From contig DATMBG010000044.1 of assembly GCA_035559535.1 (NCBI GenBank), positions 62,001-126,000 on the forward strand: a stretch of DNA of 64,000 bases, in the 5' to 3' direction. The translations under genes and the position numbers were made by a program. Below the pieces are notes generated by a model, which searched no databases, was not told where the DNA came from, and saw only the letters and a program-made list of their open reading frames with translations. Of this stretch, positions 37,546 through 46,932 are shown one piece after another. Each line of letters starts with the position of its first letter. Positions within the stretch are counted from its first letter, which is position 1. Source of the DNA: Candidatus Limnocylindrales bacterium. GTDB lineage: Bacteria; Moduliflexota; Moduliflexia; Moduliflexales; JAUQPW01.

Positions 37546-39288
37546 TCATTGGAGAATTGGAGTCGGGATTGGGACCTCTGCCGGAAGGTCGTAAATAGGC
37601 TCCCGCTCCACGATTTTATCGATGGAAACTCCCATAGCTGCGTCGGTTTCCCGTTCGACCATGACTTCTACCAGAGCCGGCCTTCTTTGACGATTAGATT
37701 CTTTTACGGCCCACTCCAGAGCCGGCTTGATTTCATCCGGCCTGATCACCCGGCGACCCAGTGCTCCCATACCTTCCATTACCTTGACGTGGTCGATTCC
37801 CATACCGTCATAGGTAATATCCACTCCAAAATTCATCTCATAGAGGTATTTTTCCGGTTGTCGAATGAGGCTGAGATAGCCATTATTAACCATAACCAGG
37901 ACGAAAGGAACCTGATATTGAACGGCTACGGCAACTTCTTCCATCAGAAATTGAAAGCTGTAATCTCCTACGACCCCAACAACCTGTTGATGTGGCCTTG
38001 CCAGCTTGATTCCAATACAGGCCGGAATTTCCCACCCCAGGGGGCCTGCCTGTCCGCAACAGAAATAATGTCTGGGCTTATAAATCTCTTGAAATTGGCC
38101 TGACCAGATTTGATAAAGTCCAATAGCCGTTACAAAAACCGTATCCCGGTCGAAGAATTCATTCAGCTCTTTGTAAACCCGCTGGGGTTTAATGGGAATG
38201 TTATCAAAATCCATCTTTCGACCCATCCGACGTCGGATATCCGGAATACTCTGGACCCAGGGTGTTGGTTGACGCGGTGGAGTCATCTCTCGAGCTGTTT
38301 GCAGGAGGGCTTGCAGGGCCAGCTTGGCATCTGAAACAATACCCAAATCCGGAGGGAAAACTCGACCCAGTTGAGTCGGTTCGATATCAATATGGATAAA
38401 CTTTCTTCCCTTCGTATAAACATCCAGAGCCCCGGTATGCCGTTCTGCGAATCGGTTTCCGATCGATAGGACCAGATCTGATTCCAGAAAGATTTTATTA
38501 CCCGAGCGGGTAGTCGTCTGAATACCGACCAGGCCGGCATATAGGGGATGGTCCGCCGGAATACCCCCCATAGCCATATAGGTAGGGATAACCGGTATTT
38601 GTAGATACTCGGCCAACTGGATAAATTCCTGGGTCGCATTGGCTAGAATAACGCCACCCCCCATCATCAGGATAGGCCGCTCAGCCTGGAGAAGCATCTC
38701 GATGGCTCGACGAATTTGCTTCATATTGGGGCCGGGTTTAAAAATCGGCAAAGGCTCATCGATATCAGGATCATATTCTACCTCCCCCCGCTGAACATCC
38801 AGGGGGAGATCGATATGAACTGCCCCGGGTCGCCCTTCTTGGGCAATTTTAAAGGCTTCCCGGAAGACAAAGGGAACCTGAGCCGTTTCCAATACCAGAT
38901 AACTTTTTTTGGTAACCGGCCTCACAATTTCAGCGATGTTAACGGCCTGAAAAGCCTCTTTGTGTAATACATTCCGAGGAGCCTGTCCGGTGATGCAAAT
39001 CAATGGGATAGAATCCGCTTGGGCCGTATAAAGTCCTGTAACCATATTGGTCCCGGCCGGACCTGAAGTCCCTATGGCAATGCCTACCTTGCCCGTAGCG
39101 CGAGCCCATCCATCTGCAGCGTGGGTCCCCCCTTCCTCATGCCGAACGGTCAAGTGTTTAATCTTTTTGGATTTGCTAAGGGCTTTGTAGAGAGGAAGAA
39201 TAGCCGCTCCTGGAATCCCAAACACATATTCTACTCCTTCACTCTCTAAAATTTTTACCACAGCTTCCATTACGGGCATTTTAGGCAT
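37546..39288 (-). CDS. gcl: Glyoxylate carboligase
   Basis: FGIPGAAILP, GTSGPAGTNMVTGLY, LHKEAFQAV, CGQAGPLGW, GDYSFQFLMEE, NNGYLSLIRQ. Confidence 0.93.
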   Translation of the reverse strand: MPKMPVMEAVVKILESEGVEYVFGIPGAAILPLYKALSKSKKIKHLTVRHEEGGTHAADGWARATGKVGIAIGTSGPAGTNMVTGLYTAQADSIPLICITGQAPRNVLHKEAFQAVNIAEIVRPVTKKSYLVLETAQVPFVFREAFKIAQEGRPGAVHIDLPLDVQRGEVEYDPDIDEPLPIFKPGPNMKQIRRAIEMLLQAERPILMMGGGVILANATQEFIQLAEYLQIPVIPTYMAMGGIPADHPLYAGLVGIQTTTRSGNKIFLESDLVLSIGNRFAERHTGALDVYTKGRKFIHIDIEPTQLGRVFPPDLGIVSDAKLALQALLQTAREMTPPRQPTPWVQSIPDIRRRMGRKMDFDNIPIKPQRVYKELNEFFDRDTVFVTAIGLYQIWSGQFQEIYKPRHYFCCGQAGPLGWEIPACIGIKLARPHQQVVGVVGDYSFQFLMEEVAVAVQYQVPFVLVMVNNGYLSLIRQPEKYLYEMNFGVDITYDGMGIDHVKVMEGMGALGRRVIRPDEIKPALEWAVKESNRQRRPALVEVMVERETDAAMGVSIDKIVEREPIYDLPAEVPIPTPILQ

Positions 39289-39410
39289 AAGCTACCTCCT
39301 TAAAAGAAAGATGGAGTAAATGGAATCCCCCCATCCCCCATCCTTCCTGTTATTTTTATCCTAACTGCTCCGGTTTTCTTAAAACCTTACAACGGAGTTG
39401 TAATCATAAA

Positions 39411-39439
39411 AGATTATCAAAATCTACCAGGGGTGTCAA
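39411..39439 (-). promoter_or_regulatory. Candidate sigma70 promoter of gcl
   Basis: Minus strand TTGACA-17 nt-TAATCT. Confidence 0.5.
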
Positions 39440-39461
39440 GGAGAAGTTAATATCTAGTAAT

Positions 39462-39608
39462 TATACCAATTTAGTAGGTGTCACTTTTTCTGTCTGAACA
39501 CCCTCCCATCCCCCCTTCAGGGGGGACTGACATAGGGTTGCTGCTGCTGAATCCCCCCTGGAGGGGGGGGATGGAAGGGTGTTTCTTTTTCCACCTACTA
39601 AATGGATA
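39462..39608. mobile_element. MITE-like element (about 150 bp)
   Basis: Perfect 12-bp IR ATTTAGTAGGTG (39469-39480) / CACCTACTAAAT (39592-39603); internal hairpin AACACCCTCCCATCCCCC...GGGGGATGGAAGGGTGTT; flanking near-identical direct repeats. Confidence 0.55.
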
Positions 39609-39864
39609 CGGATACTAATATCTAAGTAACTGTGATAACTTCCTACGAAAATCATCCTACGATTTTCATGCTTTGTGGTAACCCAACAGGTGAAAGAGGC
39701 TTTGGAATAACTTTCTCCTTGACAACCTTTGTAGATTCGATAATCCTTACTAAGGGACTAGGGACTATCAGCCCATTCGCTATTTGCCATGTACCACTTG
39801 CCGCCTGCCCTGTGGATTCGATAATCCTTACCAGGAACCGTCAACCCAGAGAGGAGAGAGAAAT

Positions 39865-41124
39865 ATGGATATTCGACAACTAACCAACGAGGTCATGGCT
39901 CGTCTGGATGAGCTCGCAACTTACAGCGAAGACCCCTGTGGCCTTACACGAGTTTTTTTAAGTCCTGAGCAGAAGCGAGTCAACGAATTAGTGCTGGGAT
40001 GGATGAAGGAAGCGGGTATGGAGGTCTGGATAGACGGGATTGGTAATGTGGTGGGTCGGTATGAAGGGATAAGTTCCGGCCTCCCTGCTTTGATGTTGGG
40101 CTCACATTTGGATACGGTTCGAAATGCTGGAAAGTATGATGGTCCCCTCGGGGTTGTTACGGCGATTGCCTGTGTCAAAGCCCTGCATCAGAGACAAGAA
40201 CGATTACCTTTTGCTATCGAAGTAGTCGGCTTCTCAGACGAAGAAGGTACCCGTTTCCAGGCAACCCTGCTTGGAAGTCGGGCTATAGCCGGTACTTTCG
40301 ATTATACGGTACTCCAAAATGTAGATGATAAAGGGATAAGTATGGCAGACGCCATGCGGAATTATGGACTTGATCCGGATAAAATCGTTCAGGTAGCCCG
40401 GCGCCCTGCTGATCTTCTGGCCTATGTTGAGCTTCATATCGAACAGGGCCCTGTACTCGAAGCTGAAGACCTCCCAGTCGGTATTGTAACTTCCATTGCC
40501 GGGGCGACCCGGTTGATGGTAACCCTTACCGGTAGCGCCGGACACGCCGGAACTGTACCCATGTCTTTACGGCGCGACGCCCTGGTGGCAGCCGCCGAGG
40601 CTATCTTGTTTATCGAAAAACGTTGCTTGGGCAAGTTGGGGATACCCCCAGATAATCTGGTTGGAACGGTAGGGCAGATTCAGGTTTTACCGGGTGCCAG
40701 CAACGTTATCCCGGGTACGGCAAAGTTTTCCGTGGATGTACGTGCCCCAACCGACTCGGATCGTCTGGAGGCCGTCAGGGATATTGTAAAGGCTATTCAG
40801 GATATTTGCTCCCGGCGCAGGATTGAATATGAGATCCGGAAAGTCCATGAAAGTCCAAGCTCTTTTTGTGCTCCCTGGCTTATGACCCAATTCGAAGCGG
40901 CTATAGTGGCAGAAGGCCTTCAACCGCGCTATTTACCCAGCGGTGCGGGCCACGATGCCATGGCAATGGCCGCGATCACGGATATAGGAATGCTATTCAT
41001 CCGCTGCAAGGGGGGGATCAGTCATACACCGGATGAATCCATTACCCCGGAGGATGTCGAAATCGGTATCCGGGTGTTGTTGCGTTTTATTCGACAGTTT
41101 AAACCCAGGGTCCGTTGTCCTTAG
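39865..41124 (+). CDS. Allantoate amidohydrolase (M20 hydantoinase/carbamoylase family); start moved to ATG 39865
   Basis: GSHLDTVRNAGKYDG, DEEGTRF, VELHIEQGPVLE, GHAGTVPM, SGAGHDAM, GISHTPDE; GAGGAG RBS before MDIRQL. Confidence 0.88.
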   Translation: MDIRQLTNEVMARLDELATYSEDPCGLTRVFLSPEQKRVNELVLGWMKEAGMEVWIDGIGNVVGRYEGISSGLPALMLGSHLDTVRNAGKYDGPLGVVTAIACVKALHQRQERLPFAIEVVGFSDEEGTRFQATLLGSRAIAGTFDYTVLQNVDDKGISMADAMRNYGLDPDKIVQVARRPADLLAYVELHIEQGPVLEAEDLPVGIVTSIAGATRLMVTLTGSAGHAGTVPMSLRRDALVAAAEAILFIEKRCLGKLGIPPDNLVGTVGQIQVLPGASNVIPGTAKFSVDVRAPTDSDRLEAVRDIVKAIQDICSRRRIEYEIRKVHESPSSFCAPWLMTQFEAAIVAEGLQPRYLPSGAGHDAMAMAAITDIGMLFIRCKGGISHTPDESITPEDVEIGIRVLLRFIRQFKPRVRCP

Positions 41125-41225
41125 TCTTTCGCCCGTTACTTTTGATTGATGATCCCTCGTAGGGAGTCTTGGACAAAGGACAACGGGCTAAGAACAGACG
41201 GGCTAAGAACAATAACTATAGATAA

Positions 41226-42467
41226 ATGTCGGCTAATTTTAAAAAAGAGATCACCGAGTTTCTTAATCAAAAATGGGAAGAGGAAGTCCAATTTCTGGCC
41301 GAACTGGTAAAGGTACCTTCCGATAACCCACCCGGAGATTGCGTACCCCACGCAGAGCGAACCACTGCGCTTTTAGAAGCATTGGGATTGACCGTGGAGA
41401 AGTATCCGGTTCCTGAGGAACTTGTAAAAAAGCAGGGTATGGTCCGGGTTACAAATCTCATTGTCCGCCATCGGTTTGGTGAGGGGCCCATTGTAGCCTT
41501 AAATGCCCATGGAGACGTTGTTCCTCCGGGTGAGGGATGGACCGCCGACCCCTATGGGGCAGAGATCCGAGATGGAACCATGTATGGTCGAGGGGTGGCA
41601 GTCTCAAAATCGGATTTTGCGACCTATACTTATGCTCTGTTAGCCCTTAAGGCCATCCAGGCGCCCCTGAAGGGAAGTGTTGAACTGCACTTTACTTACG
41701 ATGAAGAAGCCGGGGGGCAAGTCGGTCCGAAATGGCTGCTTGAACAGGGTCTTTCAAAGCCTGACTTTGTTATTTCGGCAGGCTTCTCCTACGCCGTAGT
41801 AACGGCCCATAATGGCTGCCTACATCTGGAGGTTCAGGTCAGAGGTAAATCGGCCCATGCGGCCCGTCCGGATACAGGTCATGATGCTCTGGAAGCAACC
41901 ACGGCAATCCTTACAGCACTTTATAACCACCGGAAGAGCTATACCGAAATCCGTTCAAAGGTGGAGGGAATCGACTCACCAACCCTGGTGGTTGGTCTTA
42001 TCCACGGTGGAATTAACACCAATGTCGTCCCAGATTTGATTACTTTCCGCCTCGATCGTCGCTTAATCCCTGAGGAAGATGGGGATAAGGTCGAACAGAC
42101 GCTGACCAATTTAATAGAACAAACCGCTGCCCTTTTTCCGGGTATAAGTATCCAGGTCCGGCGTATCCTGTGGGCCAAAAGCTTCACTCCGGTGCCCGGT
42201 TCTGAAAAACTGTTGAAGATTCTCCTGGATAATGCCTGTGAGGTCATGGGAGAGAAGATTGGCAGTCAGGGGGTTCCCATTTACACCGATGCCCGACACT
42301 ACGCCGGGATGGGTATTCCAACTGTAATGTACGGTGCGGGCCCTCGAAGTCTCCTGGAAGCCAATGCTCACCGTGCCGATGAACGCTTAAAACTGGACGA
42401 CCTTAAAAAGGCAACCCGAGTCGTAGCTTTTACGCTTCTCGACCTTTTACGGGGAACTCATGCATGA
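41226..42467 (+). CDS. ArgE/DapE-like M20 metallo-amidohydrolase, atypical subfamily
   Basis: SDNPPGD, NAHGDVVPPG, GRGVAVSKSD, YDEEAGG, GKSAHAA, GGINTNVVP, NAHRADE. Confidence 0.88.
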   Translation: MSANFKKEITEFLNQKWEEEVQFLAELVKVPSDNPPGDCVPHAERTTALLEALGLTVEKYPVPEELVKKQGMVRVTNLIVRHRFGEGPIVALNAHGDVVPPGEGWTADPYGAEIRDGTMYGRGVAVSKSDFATYTYALLALKAIQAPLKGSVELHFTYDEEAGGQVGPKWLLEQGLSKPDFVISAGFSYAVVTAHNGCLHLEVQVRGKSAHAARPDTGHDALEATTAILTALYNHRKSYTEIRSKVEGIDSPTLVVGLIHGGINTNVVPDLITFRLDRRLIPEEDGDKVEQTLTNLIEQTAALFPGISIQVRRILWAKSFTPVPGSEKLLKILLDNACEVMGEKIGSQGVPIYTDARHYAGMGIPTVMYGAGPRSLLEANAHRADERLKLDDLKKATRVVAFTLLDLLRGTHA

Positions 42468-42513
42468 TTCACCAAAATCAGAATAAGTTTTTAGGCAGTC
42501 CGGGAAGGGAATT

Positions 42514-42530
42514 TGCCTAAAAATCAGGCA
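42514..42530. promoter_or_regulatory. NtrC-like enhancer site
   Basis: 17-bp palindrome TGCCT-AAAAATC-AGGCA; a half site TTTTTAGGCA ends at 42497. Confidence 0.5.
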
Positions 42531-42590
42531 GGTTTAAACAAAATCAAGGAAAAACTCAAGAATATCCAGGCATCTAATTCCTAGACAAGC

Positions 42591-42606
42591 TGGCATTTAA
42601 GTTGCT
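42591..42606 (+). promoter_or_regulatory. sigma54 (-24/-12) promoter
   Basis: TGGCATTTAAGTTGCT (GG-N10-GC) upstream of the ABC operon. Confidence 0.65.
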
Positions 42607-42847
42607 TTTTTAGAAATGGATCTCCCGGAATGATGGGAAACCCCACGGGTTTTATGATTCTTTCTTAGAATGGGCAAATTCAAGTTCTTTACAGAATGGC
42701 TCTGCCAGGTATTTATTCACCTGTGACGGTAATATTTTCCTTGACAGGTTTAAGGATATTATTATCTGATGGAGAAAGTGGGATAAAATCCAGGGGTTAG
42801 GAGGAGATAGTTTAACCTTAGCATCCAAAAGGAGGTAAAATAGAATC

Positions 42848-44059
42848 ATGAGAGATTTCAGAAGAAGCTTATTCTTGGTGATTTTAGGGATATTTCTAAG
42901 TGCTGTGGCGTTATCATTTTCTTTTGAAAAAGCCGTTGCCCAGGAAAAAGTTCTGAAAATTGGTCAATTGGGTGTGATGAGTGGTCCGGCAGCATCCTGG
43001 GGATTGGTTAATAAATATTGTATTCAGGCGGCTGCCGAGATGATTAATGAAGAGGGAGGTGTAGAGATAGACGGAGAGAAATATAAAATTGAGTTTGTCA
43101 GTATTGACGATAAAATGGATCCCAAGCTGGCTGTATCCGGCATGGAAAGACTCGTTTACCAGGAGAAGATCAAATACATCATCGGCCCTAATGTGGATAC
43201 TACGGCCGCCAGTGTAGTGCCTGTAATCGAGGCAGCCGGAGCCATTAATATTCCTTATGCTTTTTCGAAGGCATTATATTCCCCTCCCCATGGCAATTCA
43301 ATCCTTGGAATGATCGCCTCCTATCAGGCAGGTCCTGTAATTTATAAGTATTTAAAGGAAAACAAAGGGGTTAAGTCCATTAGTTTTATTGCAAGAAATG
43401 ATTCTGATCCTCTCAATCAAAGGGATGAAGGGGTGGAAGCGGCCAAAAAACTTGGGTTAAATATTATTTCTTCGACCGATACTTACGAGCCAGGAACGAC
43501 AGATTTCTTCCCTGTTATGTCCAAGGTGGTCAAGGGAAACCCGGATCTTATTGTTCTTTCAGGAGTTGCCCCTGCGGACGCTCCCCTACTCATCAAAGCT
43601 GCCCGTGAATTGGGTTATAAAGGATTGTTAAGTACTGAGACGGCCCAAGACATCAAGATTTTGAACGAAGTGGCCGGAAAGTATGCAGAAGGTTTTATCT
43701 CTGTGGGTGGGGCCAGTACTCCTGAAATCCAAAGTGATTATATGAAGAAATTCGTCGAGCGTTATAAAAAAGTAGCCGGTGAGTGGAATGATGAAGCTGG
43801 AACTAAAGTCTATGCCCTGCAGATGATCATCTACACCCTTCAAAAAGCTGGCAAGGCTGCTCTGACCGATGTGGAAGTTTTCAAAAAAGCAATTCCGGAA
43901 GTAAAGGTGAGGAATCCCTTTCTCAAAGAGGAGAGGATTTTGAAGTATGTAGGCACGGCCTATTTTGGTCAACCTCGTCAAATCGGTGTTCCCATGGTAG
44001 TTAATGAAGTTCGTAATGGGAAGTTTGAAACCCTTTTCATTGGAAGTGTAGAAGATTAA
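42848..44059 (+). CDS. ABC transporter substrate-binding protein (LivJ/K-like)
   Basis: Signal peptide; KIGQLGVMSGPAASWG; INEEGG; TTDFFPVMSKV; operon context. Confidence 0.9.
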   Translation: MRDFRRSLFLVILGIFLSAVALSFSFEKAVAQEKVLKIGQLGVMSGPAASWGLVNKYCIQAAAEMINEEGGVEIDGEKYKIEFVSIDDKMDPKLAVSGMERLVYQEKIKYIIGPNVDTTAASVVPVIEAAGAINIPYAFSKALYSPPHGNSILGMIASYQAGPVIYKYLKENKGVKSISFIARNDSDPLNQRDEGVEAAKKLGLNIISSTDTYEPGTTDFFPVMSKVVKGNPDLIVLSGVAPADAPLLIKAARELGYKGLLSTETAQDIKILNEVAGKYAEGFISVGGASTPEIQSDYMKKFVERYKKVAGEWNDEAGTKVYALQMIIYTLQKAGKAALTDVEVFKKAIPEVKVRNPFLKEERILKYVGTAYFGQPRQIGVPMVVNEVRNGKFETLFIGSVED

Positions 44060-44145
44060 CCCTTTTGTCCGGAGTCCTATGTCGGGTGGCTTATAACAAA
44101 TCATAGACATGGATTCCGGACTCTGAACCCTCGCGATATTTCTCC

Positions 44146-45006
44146 ATGTCCCAGATGATCATTAACGGAATGGTTCTGGGGATGATTTACGCCCTCATTG
44201 CCCTCGGACTTACCCTGATCTTCAGTATTATGAACGTAGTTAATTTTGCCCATGGTCAGATGTATATGCTGGGGGGATTTGTGGTTTATTATCTTTACGG
44301 TGTTTATCAGTGGAATTATTTTCTGGCTTTAATGGTAGCTGCTTTGGCCCTGGCTGTTATAGGAATTATCTTTGAAAAGTTCTTCTTTCGAAGGGTTATG
44401 CGATTGGCAAAACGGGAAGAGAATACCATGCTTCTTGCTATGGGTACGGCTCTGCTCCTCGAAAATCTGGCTTTATTCTCCTTTGGAGAAAAGCAGCGAG
44501 GGGTTCCGCCGGTGGTTACCGGAGTATATGAAGTAGGTGGGGGTTATCTACCTGCCGGAAGAGCCCTTGTATTTTTTGTGGCCTTATTTTTGGTCATCGG
44601 CCTGTTATTATTTGTCCAATATACCAGGCCGGGTCGTGCCATGCGGGCACTGGCTCAAGATAAGGAAGCCACCTATCTGCAGGGAGTAGATATCAATCAG
44701 GTCTCAGCACTGGGATTTGCCATAGGAGCTGCTTTAGCCGGACTGGCTGGAGGGTTGTTGATAACCATCTTTGCGATTAATGCCGGATCAGGCACCGCCG
44801 TTTCCACAAAGGCCTTTACCATGATCATGATCGGGGGGGCCGGAGTCGTTTCCGGGGCTATTCTTGGAGGCTTTGTATTGGGTTTCTGTGAGGCAATAGG
44901 TTATGAAACCCTGCCAGGTTCTACTACTTACCTGATTATCTTTATTGCATTGATTCTTTTCTTAATTGTTCGTCCTCAAGGAATTATGGGGAGACCTCAA
45001 GGATAA
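44146..45006 (+). CDS. ABC permease, LivH-like
   Basis: YALIALGLTLIFS...NFAHG, GRAMRALAQD, RPQGIMG. Confidence 0.92.
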   Translation: MSQMIINGMVLGMIYALIALGLTLIFSIMNVVNFAHGQMYMLGGFVVYYLYGVYQWNYFLALMVAALALAVIGIIFEKFFFRRVMRLAKREENTMLLAMGTALLLENLALFSFGEKQRGVPPVVTGVYEVGGGYLPAGRALVFFVALFLVIGLLLFVQYTRPGRAMRALAQDKEATYLQGVDINQVSALGFAIGAALAGLAGGLLITIFAINAGSGTAVSTKAFTMIMIGGAGVVSGAILGGFVLGFCEAIGYETLPGSTTYLIIFIALILFLIVRPQGIMGRPQG

Positions 45007-45029
45007 GGCTGTAGAGAAGGAACCATAGA

Positions 45030-46070
45030 ATGGCTACAACTCAAAAAGAAGGCAAAAGGGAAGAGGAGAAAGTGAGAGAAGGTGGAAAAGGAAAACCGGG
45101 TATCTTATCTTCGGTTCTTCCTTTTTCCCTTTCTTCCGTTCTCTTGTTTTTCCTGGGGCTGATCTATCTGGTCATCTTTCCGCTTCTTTATCGGGATTCC
45201 AGATACGTGCTGGGAGTGGTTATCAATGCTTCCATGTTGAGTGTCATTAGCCTGGGAGTCTGGCTTACCTTTACGATTGGTCGTACGAACATCAGTCAAG
45301 GGGCTTTCGCCCTTATCGGGGGATACACAACGGCTATTTTATCGGTTAGATATGGCATCTCTTTCTGGCTTTGCCTTCCTCTATCCGGACTCATGGCTGC
45401 ACTGATTGGTGCTTTGATCGGCTGGCCCATATTGCGCCTGAGGGGAGTCTACTTTGCCATGATTACCCTCAGCTTAACAGAAGCAACCAGACTTGCTTTC
45501 TTAAATGGCGGAGATTTTACCAGAGGAGGTACCGGAATTGTAGATATTCCAAGACCTGGAGCCTTATCCATCGCAGGAATAACCCTTATCCCGGCCTTTA
45601 AAGGATCAGACCCTTTACCCTTTTATTACCTGGCAGCTTCTTTACTCATTCTCACCCTTATCAGTTTACGACGCCTGACCCAGAGTCGAATAGGCTGGGT
45701 CTTTAGATCCCTCCGACAAAATGAAGAGCTGGCTTCCAGTATTGGAATCAACGTGGCCAAGTATCGGGTCATGGCTTATGCTATTTGCTGTTTTATCGGG
45801 GGGTTGGGAGGCTCGTTTTTCGCAGCTTTCCAGCAAAATATCTATCCGGCAACCTATACGGTTACCGACTCCATCTACTTTATGCTCTACTGCTTCCTGG
45901 GTGGACTTGATTATTTGTTTGGGCCTGTTGTGGGGGCCTTCTTACTTCTTATCAGCTTTGAACTTCTCCACAGTATTCAAACCTATCAAACTATGATTTA
46001 TGCCATTATTATGATCACCTTTATGTTGTGGTTACCCAATGGGATTCTAAGTTTGAGGTTTAAGAAATAA
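45030..46070 (+). CDS. ABC permease, LivM-like
   Basis: LRLRGVYFAMITL, SRIGWVFRSLRQNE, GPVVGA, LPNGI. Confidence 0.92.
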   Translation: MATTQKEGKREEEKVREGGKGKPGILSSVLPFSLSSVLLFFLGLIYLVIFPLLYRDSRYVLGVVINASMLSVISLGVWLTFTIGRTNISQGAFALIGGYTTAILSVRYGISFWLCLPLSGLMAALIGALIGWPILRLRGVYFAMITLSLTEATRLAFLNGGDFTRGGTGIVDIPRPGALSIAGITLIPAFKGSDPLPFYYLAASLLILTLISLRRLTQSRIGWVFRSLRQNEELASSIGINVAKYRVMAYAICCFIGGLGGSFFAAFQQNIYPATYTVTDSIYFMLYCFLGGLDYLFGPVVGAFLLLISFELLHSIQTYQTMIYAIIMITFMLWLPNGILSLRFKK

Positions 46071-46113
46071 TCCTCTACATCCGTTACCTAAACAAGGGAC
46101 TATAGATGACGGG

Positions 46114-46896
46114 ATGAATATGAGCCTGCTTCAGATCAAGGATCTTACCAAACGGTTTGGAGGGTTAACGGCCGTCAATGGAGTAAGTTTTGAGGTGAAG
46201 GCGGGAGAAATCCTTTCCGTTATAGGTCCGAACGGCGCCGGGAAAAGTACACTTTTCAAGTTGATTACTTCCTTTCTAAAACCCAGCCACGGAACCATTA
46301 CCTTCAAAGGAGAAGATATTACCCATTTACCTCCCCATGTTGTAGCCAGGAAAGGGATTGTCCGCACTTTTCAGGAAACCAACATCTTTAAAGAGATGAC
46401 GGCTTTACAGAATGTAGTTCTTGCCCATCATCTTCGATGCCGGGCCAGTAGTTGGGGGATTTTTTTCAATAGCCATCAGGCACGAAAAGACGAAATAGAA
46501 TTTCATCAAAGTGCCCTGGAAATCTTAACATATCTCGGATTAGCCGCCCTCAAAGACGAGGAGGCCAGGAACTTACCCCACGGACATCTCAGGGCCCTGG
46601 AAATAGCCGTAGCTTTGGCGGCCAATCCTACCTTGCTCCTTCTCGACGAGCCCTTCACAGGAATGAATCCCGAGGAGACCGATACAGCCGTCGAAATGGT
46701 TCGAGGGATCCGCGATCGTGGTGTAACGGTTATTCTGGTCGAGCATGATATGCGGGCGGTTATGAAAATCAGTGACCGTATCGTTGTCCTTAATTTTGGC
46801 ACCAAGATCGCCGAAGGAAAACCCAAAGAAATCCAGCAGAATCCGGCTGTAATCGAAGCCTATCTTGGAAAAGAGGATGACGAGGCCGGCTTTTAA
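46114..46896 (+). CDS. ABC ATP-binding protein, LivG-like
   Basis: FGGLTAV, GPNGAGKST, LLLDEP, VEHDM, VIEAYLG. Confidence 0.94.
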   Translation: MNMSLLQIKDLTKRFGGLTAVNGVSFEVKAGEILSVIGPNGAGKSTLFKLITSFLKPSHGTITFKGEDITHLPPHVVARKGIVRTFQETNIFKEMTALQNVVLAHHLRCRASSWGIFFNSHQARKDEIEFHQSALEILTYLGLAALKDEEARNLPHGHLRALEIAVALAANPTLLLLDEPFTGMNPEETDTAVEMVRGIRDRGVTVILVEHDMRAVMKISDRIVVLNFGTKIAEGKPKEIQQNPAVIEAYLGKEDDEAGF

Positions 46897-46932
46897 AAAA
46901 GAAAAAAGGAAGAAAATAGGAGAGAGGAGAAA

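Noticed and set aside
37239-39883. Short track ORFs at 37239-37427, 39461-39655 and 39632-39883
   Set aside because: They translate palindromic repeat or MITE-like DNA and show no protein-like motifs
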